Positions 18,872-28,015 of a DNA stretch of 64,000 nucleotides are shown here, one piece after another. The stretch comes from an uncultured Chloroflexia bacterium (GTDB lineage Bacteria > Chloroflexota > Chloroflexia > QHBQ01 > JADMIH01). The stretch covers positions 832,001 to 896,000 of the forward strand of contig CAWCNY010000006.1 of assembly GCA_963797095.1 (NCBI GenBank), read 5' to 3'. Position 1 is the first letter of the stretch, and every line of letters begins with the position of its first letter. Made by a program: the position numbers and the translations under genes. Under the pieces are notes generated by a model. That model saw nothing but the letters and a program-made list of their open reading frames with translations, searched no databases and was not told the origin of the DNA.

Positions 18872-21256
18872 AGAATATCATCGCTGTACTTTTGCAAGTG
18901 ACTCTGCCCTATCCCTTTCACCGCAAGTAACTCTTCTTCGTTTCGAGGCCGGGCGCGGGCAATTCCCCACAACGTCTTGTCGTGCATGATCACGAATGGC
19001 GCGACGTTCAGCCTGTTAGCCGCTACCTTGCGCCAGGCGCGTAGACGCTCGAATAGGTCGGTCTCTTCCTGGGTGGGTGGTGCTTCTTCCACCTGGGCTT
19101 CCTGGATTAATGTGCGCGTATAAGGTCGCGCGTCGCCGCGTTCCCATCGTGGTTCTGGACGGGTTTCGCGTTCTTCCTGTTTGGGTTTAGGCTCCTTCTT
19201 CGGTTTGACCGTTATCGCACCTGCGGGCACCCCATCCTCTGCCTTTGCGGTGGCCCTGAGCAAGATGTATCCCTCCTCGGTCTTGACCGTCTCGATGTAG
19301 TTCTGCTCGACCAGGCTGTCGATAGCGGCCTCAAGTGAGCTTTTGACGGCCCCAGCCATTGTCCCGAAATGGCGCACCCGTCCGGAAGTGACGTTGCTGG
19401 CCGCCGATCCCATGAGCGCCTTCACGATACTCGGTTTGCCCGGCCTAAACGGGAAACTGGTCAGGCATTCCAGGATCGTCTGCCCGACGTTACCCGGTAG
19501 CTCTTGGGCCTCCACCTTTTTCTCCTGCACCGCCCTATTTGATCTGGGCGCGCAGTGGTCGCAACTTGTCCCACAGTTCTCTATCCCTTCGCCCAGGTGG
19601 GCCGCCAGCATCCTGTGCCTGCACCTGTTAGCGGTCGCATATTCGATCATCTGGTCGATCTGACGATTCTGGGCCTCATCCCTGCGAGCCAGCAGGTCGT
19701 TTATAGCTTGCGCCACGTCCCGGGGAGGCAACAGCCGTTCAATAACAGGTTCGCGCCTGCTCCCTTTCATGGTGAGTAGGCCGCGCTCCTGCCACAATAG
19801 CAGATTGCGCTCCAATTCATCAGGTGTGCTCCCCAATTCTAAGCTCACAGGCCCGACATCGACAGCCGATTGCCTTCCTGCCGGCAAATATGCCACTTTC
19901 CGAAAGCGCATGAAATCCGCATCACGCTCCCTGGCCCCGGCTTCTGTCAATCCGATCCACACCTGGCGCGGCGCGTCGAAGTGCCTGGCAATCAACTCCA
20001 CCTTTTCGAGCAAACTGATCGCTACGCGCACGGCGGTGCCGTCCATTTGCTTGCTGAACGTTGATTTCGATTGTCTCTCCAGCTCATCCAGATTGACGTA
20101 ACTTGTCTGGCCTGCGCGTATGTTTCCGGTGACTTTGCGGTAGATTTCGCGCAAGTCCTCCACTTTGAGCGCATCTTGCCGCTTCCAGCGAGTGAGATTT
20201 GCCCGGTCGCCTGCCGTCAGGAAAAGCATACACCTAGACGGCCTGCCATCGCGACCCGCCCGCCCCGACTCCTGCACGTAGCTTTCCAGCGAGTTCGGGC
20301 GGGCTGAAATGCACTATGAAGCGCACGTTGCTCTTGTCGATGCCCATCCCGAACGCGATAGTAGCCACGATCACCCGCACGCGATCCAGCATGAACGCTT
20401 CCTGAGTGGCCGATCGCTCGTCGGGGGACATGCCTGCGTGGTAGTGCGCCGCCTGGATACCGCTTCGTCGCAAAATGCCCGCGATCTGCTCGCACGCGTC
20501 ACGGCTTCTCGCGTACACCACTCCCGATCCGCGCTCCTCCTTGCACACCGCTATCAGCTTGCGCAGCTTGGCCTCTTTATCGGCCAAACTCTCTACCTCA
20601 TAGTACAGATTCGCGCGGAAGTTGCTGGCGGCCACCGGGCGCAGCGGCCTCCCAAGCTGTCGCGCTATCTCGTCGCGTATCTCTGGAGTGGCTGTGGCGG
20701 TGAGGGCCAGCAGAGTGGGGTCGCCTAGCATAGGAATGCACTTGCCGAGAAAAAGGTAGTCGGGCCGAAAATCGTGACCCCACATCGAGACACAATGTGC
20801 TTCGTCAACCACCAGCATCCGCACGTTGGCCCTTCTGAGCGCGTCAATGAATGGCTGTTGTCGCAATCTCTCAGGTGCGCAGTAAATCAGCTTGTACTGA
20901 CCTCTCAGTATCTCATCCATGCGCCCCGCCAGGGCATCGGCCTCAAGCGAAGAGTTAATGAACGTGGTCCGCTCGTACACGCCTGCCGGAAGCGAGTCGT
21001 ACTGGTCCTTCATGAGCGCGATCAGGGGTGAGATCACTATAGTAGTGCCCGGTAGAAGCATCGCAGGCAACTGGTAGCAAAGCGATTTGCCCGCGCCTGT
21101 CGGCATGACCGCGATAGTGTCCACTCCTGCCATCACCTGACGGATGACCGCCTCTTGCTTCTCCTTGAAATCGGCGTAGCCGAACAGCCGCTCAAGCTCA
21201 GAACGCAGATGGTCGGCTGGGTGAGATTGGATTGATGGACGGAAGGCAGTTGACAT
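18853..21256 (-). pseudogene. recQ: RecQ helicase with RQC and HRDC domains, split by a 1-bp frameshift near 20290-20298
   Basis: PTGAGKSLCYQ, VDEAHCVSMWGHDFRP and ATIAFGMGIDK lie in one frame. SLESYVQESGRAGRDG, CRH...CGTSCDHC and the HRDC (LFERLRAWRK...PFVIMHDKTL) lie in the next. May be a sequencing error. Confidence 0.9.
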
Positions 21257-21279
21257 GATTGAAAATGGCGGTGGAATTT

Positions 21280-21308
21280 GTAAGGGCGGGTTCCAAGCCC
21301 GCCCCTAT
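21280..21308. repeat. GTAG-type REP-like hairpin
   Basis: GTAAGGGCGGG-TTCCAAG-CCCGCCCCTAT. Confidence 0.6.
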
Positions 21309-21353
21309 ATCACATGGTCAATTCTACCACAGAGCATCTCTGGTAAATGGGCC

Positions 21354-22814
21354 TTACCCATCCACCATCCCGCCCTCACCCTTCTTTACAACTGCTGCTG
21401 TGGCACTGGCTATGGAGTCGTAACCGAATCGCTTCCTTATATCATCGATACTGCTGTTCAATTTCCTGTCGCGCTCAACGCGCGGCTCTACTATTGGCTG
21501 CTGACCTACATCTACCTTCGTCTCGGTGCGCACATTTGAATCTTCATCAATCTGACCAATACGAAACTGTCCTACCAGGTCGGCGGTGTGCAATAGGTTG
21601 GCGGTCCCGATGCCGATCAACCGCACAACCTCGCTACCGTTCCTCAAGCCGGTTGCTCGATGCGCTATTTCGAGCAGATGGCAGGCGGTCTCGCTTATTA
21701 TGCCCGCCGAGTCGATAGGCATGGGCAGGGTAGTACGCCGCGTGATCAATCTCCCGTACCCTTCGTCACCGCCGCCTTCACTTCTCGACCTCCTCCGCGA
21801 CGGCAATAGCCGCAGCTTGAGGATGACCACCCGTGCGCACATATCTTCGTTGCGCAGTGACCAGGCTAGATGGTCTGACAGAGTAACCAGCATGTTCTTC
21901 AGAGTGACCAGATCGGCTGTATCGTCGGGCATGGTGGTCTCCCGGCTGATCGACTTGGGATCGCCCGGTAGCTCAACCCGTCTGTGATCTATACCCAGCG
22001 CATGGTTCAACAGCGAATCCGCGTTGTCTCCACCCACATAGAACGCCAGCACTGCCCGGTTGGCCCGCGCGAGTTGCCCGACTGTGTGTATGCCCAGGCC
22101 ATCCAACATCGCTTCGGTGCGCTGTCCGACACCCTGCAAAGCCCTCACAGGCAGAGGCGCGAGGGTTGATGCTTCTTCCCCTGGCCTGACGATCACCAGT
22201 CCATCCGGCTTCTGTAGATCCGAGGCCACCTTCGCCACTAGCTTGTTCTGCGCTATACCAACCGAGGCGGTAAGGCCGGTCTCCGCGCGAATGCGCTCCT
22301 TCAGCTGCACCCCTATCTCATGGATCGGCCCGCCCGACAATTCGGCCCCTGTCATATCGAGATAGGCTTCATCGAGGGAAACAGGCTCTATGGTGGGGCT
22401 GAAATCGGACCAGATAGCGCGCAGGCGTTCGGCAACCTCCCTGTAGCGGTCGAACCTGCCCGGCAGCACCACGGCATCGGGGCAAAGCGCCAGCGCCCTC
22501 GCGAGCGGCATCGCCGAGCGTACGGAGAAAGCCCGCGCCTCATATGATGCAGACGCCACTACGCCCCTTACACCCTTGATATACTCCGGCATACGGGGCT
22601 GCCTTCGTAGTTCCTGCGCTAACTCGCGCAGGCGCTCCATTGTCATTGGCGAGTTGACGACAACCACCGGCTTGCCTCGCAACTCCGGGTTGTCGTGCTG
22701 CTCCACAGACGCGAAAAAGGCGTCCATGTCTACATGGAACACCCATCTTCGCGCCCCTTCCGGCCCCTGCGCGTGAGTCCACAACTCGCCCTGCCTGAAC
22801 TCGTTTCCGCCCAT
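21354..22814 (-). CDS. dinB: DNA polymerase IV
   Basis: HVDMDAFFASVEQ, ASYEAR, SLDEAYLD, NKLVAKVASDLQKPDG, KSISRETT. Confidence 0.96.
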   Translation of the reverse strand: MGGNEFRQGELWTHAQGPEGARRWVFHVDMDAFFASVEQHDNPELRGKPVVVVNSPMTMERLRELAQELRRQPRMPEYIKGVRGVVASASYEARAFSVRSAMPLARALALCPDAVVLPGRFDRYREVAERLRAIWSDFSPTIEPVSLDEAYLDMTGAELSGGPIHEIGVQLKERIRAETGLTASVGIAQNKLVAKVASDLQKPDGLVIVRPGEEASTLAPLPVRALQGVGQRTEAMLDGLGIHTVGQLARANRAVLAFYVGGDNADSLLNHALGIDHRRVELPGDPKSISRETTMPDDTADLVTLKNMLVTLSDHLAWSLRNEDMCARVVILKLRLLPSRRRSRSEGGGDEGYGRLITRRTTLPMPIDSAGIISETACHLLEIAHRATGLRNGSEVVRLIGIGTANLLHTADLVGQFRIGQIDEDSNVRTETKVDVGQQPIVEPRVERDRKLNSSIDDIRKRFGYDSIASATAAVVKKGEGGMVDG

Positions 22815-22834
22815 CATAAGCCGAGCATAGCACA

Positions 22835-22846
22835 GAACGTTTGTTC
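22835..22846. promoter_or_regulatory. LexA (SOS) box upstream of dinB
   Basis: Perfect GAACgtttGTTC about 20 bp before the dinB start. Confidence 0.8.
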
Positions 22847-22862
22847 AGTCAATCGCTTCCAC

Positions 22863-23996
22863 TTACCTCACTGTGATAATCCCACGATCGGCATTATTCA
22901 TCCTGACGGCTTTGCCATCCACCAGCGCCACAATATCCTCTATACGCACGCCAAAGCGACCTGGAATATAGATTCCCGGCTCGATGCTGAACACCATCCC
23001 ATCCTCCAAGTTGACCGTATTGCCCTGCACAAGATAGGGCGGTTCGTGCCCATCCAGGCCGAGGCCATGCCCAAGCCGATGCGTGAAATACTTACCATAC
23101 CCTGCCTGGCTGATGATGTCGCGGGCAATCGAGTCCAGAGCCTGGCACTCCATACCCACCCTGGCCTGCTGCACGCCCGCTTCCTGCGCTTGCGCCACGG
23201 TCGAATAAACCCTGCCCTCTTCCGAGTCTGGTGCCGGCGCTTGCCCTGCAAAGACGGTGCGTGTGCAATCACACCCGTAGTCCTCAAATGTGCCCCAGAA
23301 GTCAAGCACTATCGCATCGCCGGCCTGAACTATGCGCTGACCGGAGTGGTGGTGAGGAGATGCGCTGTTAGGGCCGGAGCCTACAAGCGGCGTATCGCCC
23401 ACCTTTAATCCCTGCGCTTCCAGCAGCCCTGCAAACTCGCGGGCGATTTCGACCTCGCGCCGCCCGATGAACGGCTTTGTCACCAACTCCGCGAATGCGG
23501 CATCTGAGCGTGTCCCCGCCTGGCTCACAAGGGAGATCTCGTCAGCCGATTTGATCTGTCGCGCACCTGATAGCACTGTCGTCGCGGGTGTGAAGCCTGC
23601 ACGTGGTAATTCTGCTTGCAAGCGCATCAGGAATATGGCCCACAGGCGCTCTGAGACACCAATAGTGCAGTTGGCCCCGCCCGGCTTACTATGAAGTCCC
23701 TCTCCGATAAGGCTAGCAACTAAGTTCGCGGGATTGTCGGTCTCCTCCCAGGTGCGCACTTGTATGCCCGACGGCACCTCAGGCAGTGATGGTGCCTCGA
23801 AGGCTGGTAAAACGAAATATAGGGGCCCGACCTGTGGCACGACGACTATCGCCAGCCTCTCACTCGGTCTCATATGAGCCCCCGTCAGATAAATCATGTC
23901 TGCTGATGGTCCCACCAGCAAATAATCGAGGCCGTTGGCGTGCATCAGCGCACGAACACGAGCCAACCGCGCCTCATAAGCGGTTGTGTTCACCAT
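22863..23996 (-). CDS. Xaa-Pro peptidase (M24B)
   Basis: SASPHH, DCTRT, FTHRLGHGLGLDGHEPP, FSIEPGIY, GVRIED. Confidence 0.94.
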   Translation of the reverse strand: MVNTTAYEARLARVRALMHANGLDYLLVGPSADMIYLTGAHMRPSERLAIVVVPQVGPLYFVLPAFEAPSLPEVPSGIQVRTWEETDNPANLVASLIGEGLHSKPGGANCTIGVSERLWAIFLMRLQAELPRAGFTPATTVLSGARQIKSADEISLVSQAGTRSDAAFAELVTKPFIGRREVEIAREFAGLLEAQGLKVGDTPLVGSGPNSASPHHHSGQRIVQAGDAIVLDFWGTFEDYGCDCTRTVFAGQAPAPDSEEGRVYSTVAQAQEAGVQQARVGMECQALDSIARDIISQAGYGKYFTHRLGHGLGLDGHEPPYLVQGNTVNLEDGMVFSIEPGIYIPGRFGVRIEDIVALVDGKAVRMNNADRGIITVR

Positions 23997-24049
23997 CTCC
24001 TCCTTTATCATAACCACGAAACACAAAACACAAGATCAAGAAGCAGCCC

Positions 24050-24099
24050 CTCGTCACTCGTCACTCGTCACTCGTCACTCGTCACTCGTCACTCGTCAC
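24050..24099. repeat. Heptamer tandem repeat (CTCGTCA)x7
   Basis: Read directly; shorter runs near 8033, 18041 and 63810-63857. Confidence 0.92.
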
Positions 24100-24122
24100 C
24101 TATCGTCTTCCGTCCTCACGCT

Positions 24123-25436
24123 TCACGTCCCTGCCGACTCCATTCGCGTCTCGGTCTCGCCACCTTTTTCATAGGCGACTACCAGTTCTCCTTCGTCTTC
24201 GCGGGTTTGCTCGGCGTTTTCGGTCGTTTCTTCGAACTTGCGCTCACTTTCGCGGGCTGCCTTCACGTCCGCCAGGATCACCTGGAGAGTACCTGCAAGC
24301 GGCACTGCCACCAGCGCGCCCGCCAGCCCTGCCAGGGTCGCCCCAAGCAGTATGCTTATTATAACAGTCAGGGGGCTTATGCCAACGGAATTCTTCATCA
24401 CACGCGGGATCAATACGTTGCCTTCCACCGTCTGGAGAACCACGGCGAACACCACCACCAGCAATACCCGTAGCAGAGGATTGATAGGCCCCATACCCAG
24501 GAGACCGGGCAATCCGTCGTTATCGCTCTGAGTGAGGGCCACGAGCACCGCCGGGGCTGTGCCGATATATGGCCCCACAAGTGGGATTGCTTCGGCCAGT
24601 CCAATGAAGAGGGCAAGAGCAGGCCAGAATCTGACGCCAAGCACAAAGTAGCCAACGGCGCTGGCAAGCCCCACGATCAACATCAGTGTGATCTGACCGC
24701 GTACCCAGCCGCCCACTTTGACTTCAATGTCGTCCCACACCCTGCGCACTCGGTTGGCCCGCTTTGCAGGCAACCACGACATCAAGCTTCTCTTGATCAG
24801 TGTGCGCTCGCTCAGCCAGTAGAAGGCGACCACGAAGATCGTTACTACAGCAAAGAAGATCTCGGCGACGGTCACAGCAGTACCTGTTACTGCTTCTACT
24901 TTATCTTGTTCACTCTGCGGCGTATTGCCGACCTGGCCCACGAAACCGTCCGCCACATCCAGAATGATTGTAGCCTGGTCGTGCAAGAAACGGTTATCTA
25001 TATCTTGCACGCTCTCGCGCATCTCGATAACGCTACGGCCAAGCCCGGTCTTGAAATCACCCAATTGAGTGAAAAAGACGGACACCATGATGTAGGCGAT
25101 GATGCCCAGCACGACGAAGAGCGCGCTGTAGACGACCAATATGCCTGCGCTTCGGCTGAATGGGCCTCGCCTCAGCCGGTTGACTAACGGCTCGATAGCC
25201 GTAGCTACTAAGAGTGCGATGAATAGCAGCAACAGTACAGCCAGCGACCGATAGATAGCGAAGGCCAGCACAAGCACCCCAAGCACCGCTGCTGCCCCTA
25301 ATGCCACCCTGCCCATTGGCGTTCCATTTGACTGGAAGCGGATATTTACGTCCTGATGCTCCGTCTTGTTCTCGATCTCAGCTTGCTCGACCTGTAGCGG
25401 CTGCGCTTTGCTGCCTGCTTCCTGGTTCACGGCCAT
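24123..25436 (-). CDS. AI-2E family transporter
   Basis: WVRGQ, EAIPLVGP, QTVEGNVLIPRVMKNSVGISP. Confidence 0.92.
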   Translation of the reverse strand: MAVNQEAGSKAQPLQVEQAEIENKTEHQDVNIRFQSNGTPMGRVALGAAAVLGVLVLAFAIYRSLAVLLLLFIALLVATAIEPLVNRLRRGPFSRSAGILVVYSALFVVLGIIAYIMVSVFFTQLGDFKTGLGRSVIEMRESVQDIDNRFLHDQATIILDVADGFVGQVGNTPQSEQDKVEAVTGTAVTVAEIFFAVVTIFVVAFYWLSERTLIKRSLMSWLPAKRANRVRRVWDDIEVKVGGWVRGQITLMLIVGLASAVGYFVLGVRFWPALALFIGLAEAIPLVGPYIGTAPAVLVALTQSDNDGLPGLLGMGPINPLLRVLLVVVFAVVLQTVEGNVLIPRVMKNSVGISPLTVIISILLGATLAGLAGALVAVPLAGTLQVILADVKAARESERKFEETTENAEQTREDEGELVVAYEKGGETETRMESAGT

Positions 25437-25553
25437 CAAATCCCCCTAACACGCAGGGTCCAACGAACGGATCGTGGAACCACGCCCGGTTCTTGTTCGA
25501 TCTATGAGCCTTACTCGGTTGAATAAATCCCTCTTGACGCCGCCCCAACGTTC

Positions 25554-26660
25554 CTAGAGAGCTATACTGTTGCGTCCTGCGTTCTTGGCTCTGTACAAAG
25601 CCGCGTCCGCCTTCGCAACCAGTGTTTCGGGATTGCGTGCTTCATCTGGGAACGATGCCATGCCAATCGACACGGTAGGCACTGGCACTACAAGCGGCGG
25701 CCCACCGGGATCGACACCATTCTGCGTGGATTGAGCAACTTTCGTGCCATTGCCTGCACCCACCAGCACAGTCACCGTGGCGAGACTTCGCATGAGACGT
25801 TCGGCGAACACTCTGCCCTGTAGCTTGGCTGTTTCCGGCAGGATGACGGCGAATTCATCACCTCCGATCCTGCATGGAACATCGCCACGCCTGCAAGTAT
25901 CGCGAATAGCGCCCGCGACAGCCTGTATCGCCATGTCACCCGCCGCATGCCCATGCGTGTCATTCACCTCCTTAAGCCTGTCCATGTCGATTATCATCAC
26001 TGTGACAGGTTCATCGGAGCGGAGCGCGCGGCGCAGCTCTTCTCCCAGGCGCTGGCCGAAATACTCTTTGTTGTATATCTGAGTCATAGGGTCGCGGATG
26101 GCCTTCTTCTCAAGGTCGCGCACCGATGCCTGGTGGAAATTCTCCACTGCGGTCAGCATCAGTTCGTCGAAAATAAGGTCGAAGGCAGGCAACGCAGTGA
26201 TCATGTTGGGGTGGGTGGCAGCTGTGCTATCCGCCAGCACCTTGCGCAATATCACCTGCCTGAGCTTGACGAATTCCAGCACAACCTCATGGAACTCATA
26301 TCCCTGAGTATGGCGAAGCTTCCCATGAGAGGCCGCGATATGGCCTGCGCGTATGAGAGGATTGGTGAGGGGAGCAGTTCCTTTGGGCCGTGTCTGCGCT
26401 AACCTTCCGTTTGCATCCAGGCTAGGTAGCCTCGGTACTGTAGGCATGGGCAAGGCAGTACCGGCTGTGTTCCGGTGGATCTCTTTGTCTACCAGCGTTT
26501 CAGCCAGGCTCGAGAGCATAGCCTTCACCCCGCTTACAATCTCGGCGGTGAGTAGTTGCTTATGTATCTCGGTCCTGTCCGAATTACGAAGTTCCTCAAC
26601 CCATTCGCGCGTAATCTCGTCAATATTCATCGCGAGCAGGTCTGCTATTCGATCTAGCAT
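25554..26660 (-). CDS. Diguanylate cyclase with RsbRD_N-like N-terminal domain
   Basis: DPMTQIYN, DMDRLKEVNDTHGHAAGD, I-site RRGD, RIGGDEF, ADAALYRAK; N-terminal HGKLRHTQGY...EFVKLRQ. Confidence 0.92.
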   Translation of the reverse strand: MLDRIADLLAMNIDEITREWVEELRNSDRTEIHKQLLTAEIVSGVKAMLSSLAETLVDKEIHRNTAGTALPMPTVPRLPSLDANGRLAQTRPKGTAPLTNPLIRAGHIAASHGKLRHTQGYEFHEVVLEFVKLRQVILRKVLADSTAATHPNMITALPAFDLIFDELMLTAVENFHQASVRDLEKKAIRDPMTQIYNKEYFGQRLGEELRRALRSDEPVTVMIIDMDRLKEVNDTHGHAAGDMAIQAVAGAIRDTCRRGDVPCRIGGDEFAVILPETAKLQGRVFAERLMRSLATVTVLVGAGNGTKVAQSTQNGVDPGGPPLVVPVPTVSIGMASFPDEARNPETLVAKADAALYRAKNAGRNSIAL

Positions 26661-26853
26661 TTACCTACTCCTCTCTAGGGGCCAGGCGTGGGAGGTGGCC
26701 GCCCGTGGAGAACATTTCAAAAAGCATACACCGGCAGGCGGGGCTACGTTTTTCAAATGGACGAGTCCTGCTATATTAAAGACGTTCAGAGAAGCTTGAA
26801 CGATGCAATATTCGTTGTAGTTAAAGCCAAATTTAGGAGAAAAGTACCATCCT

Positions 26854-27837
26854 ATGAACGGTGAAAACCCTGCTCTGACCGCTGTCCCCCTTCCCGACTG
26901 CGTCTCACAAACCACCCGTGGAATCGTGCTGGTGTTATTGTCGGCGGTCTCCTTCGGCTTGATGCCGATCTTCGCCAAGCTCGCTTACGCCGGGATGGAT
27001 TTCCCCCAGGAGCAGCGGGTGAAGACCGTCCTTGCCGTTCGCTTCGCCGTGGCGGCCATCTGCATGTGGACAATCTGGCTTATCGAACGGAAACGCTCTG
27101 CCCGACAATCCGCGCCATCCTCACACATTACCCCGGTGAAGATTCTGCCACTGGTAGCTATGGGTGCGCTTGGTTATGTTGGCCAATCATTTTCATATTT
27201 CACCGCCCTTGGCAGCATCTCCGCCTCGGCTACCGGCCTCCTTCTCTACACCTATCCGATCCTTGTTACCATCCTTGCCTGGCTGCTCCTTCGTGAGCAC
27301 CTCGACAGTCGTAAGCTCATAGCTTTGGGCGTTGCCATGGTCGGCGCGCTGATGGTGTTGGGCAGCTTTTCCTCTCTCATGGGAGGTACCGGGCTTGGCA
27401 CGCTCAACCCCGTTGGCGTGGCCTGGGGTCTAGCAGCCGCAGGTATTTATTCAGTATATATTATCGCAGGTGCGCGCTTCACGCCTGGCATCTCCCCAAT
27501 CTTCGCCAGCGCCGTGATCATAACCTCCGCGGCAGTTGTCTACGCCGTTTGGGGCTTACTGGCAGGTGACTTGCACTTCGATTTCAAATGGGAGTCATGG
27601 GTGTGGACGATCTCAATAGCGCTCATTTGTACCGTCTTCGCAATTATCACATTCTTTGCGGGCCTATCCAGAATCGGGCCATCCAGGGCAGCTATCATAA
27701 GCACTCTCGAACCTGCGGTAACTGTAGCCCTGGCAGGACTTGTCCTGTATGAGAACATTGCGTCTGAACAACTCATCGGCGGCGCACTCATTTTGGCGTC
27801 CGTGGTGCTACTTCAAGTTCGCCGCGCAGAACCTTGA
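26854..27837 (+). CDS. DMT/EamA family transporter
   Basis: About 10 TM helices, two EamA repeats, LLYTYP, RAAIISTLEP. Confidence 0.92.
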   Translation: MNGENPALTAVPLPDCVSQTTRGIVLVLLSAVSFGLMPIFAKLAYAGMDFPQEQRVKTVLAVRFAVAAICMWTIWLIERKRSARQSAPSSHITPVKILPLVAMGALGYVGQSFSYFTALGSISASATGLLLYTYPILVTILAWLLLREHLDSRKLIALGVAMVGALMVLGSFSSLMGGTGLGTLNPVGVAWGLAAAGIYSVYIIAGARFTPGISPIFASAVIITSAAVVYAVWGLLAGDLHFDFKWESWVWTISIALICTVFAIITFFAGLSRIGPSRAAIISTLEPAVTVALAGLVLYENIASEQLIGGALILASVVLLQVRRAEP

Positions 27838-27885
27838 CAAATATATGAACAAACTATTGACAAAGCCTGAGAACTATGCTATATT
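27834..27885 (+). promoter_or_regulatory. Sigma70 promoter of the crt operon overlapped by CarH/LitR-like TnnACA repeats
   Basis: -35 TTGACA 27857-62, N17, TGc-TATATT 27880-85; TnnACA-like boxes at 27834, 27846, 27857 and (weak) 27868. Confidence 0.65.
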
Positions 27886-28015
27886 GTCCTCACGGAGATC
27901 GAGGTCGTGATCCTCGCCCTCCACCAAAATCACGACCTTGATCAAACCGCCTTACTACCGGCAAGAGATACGCTAAGCCAAACTATCAACAGTAATTTAC
28001 TGGACGGAATCTCAC

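Noticed and set aside
20290-20298. Programmed ribosomal frameshift in recQ
   Set aside because: No slippery heptamer or stimulator seen; an indel or sequencing error is more likely.
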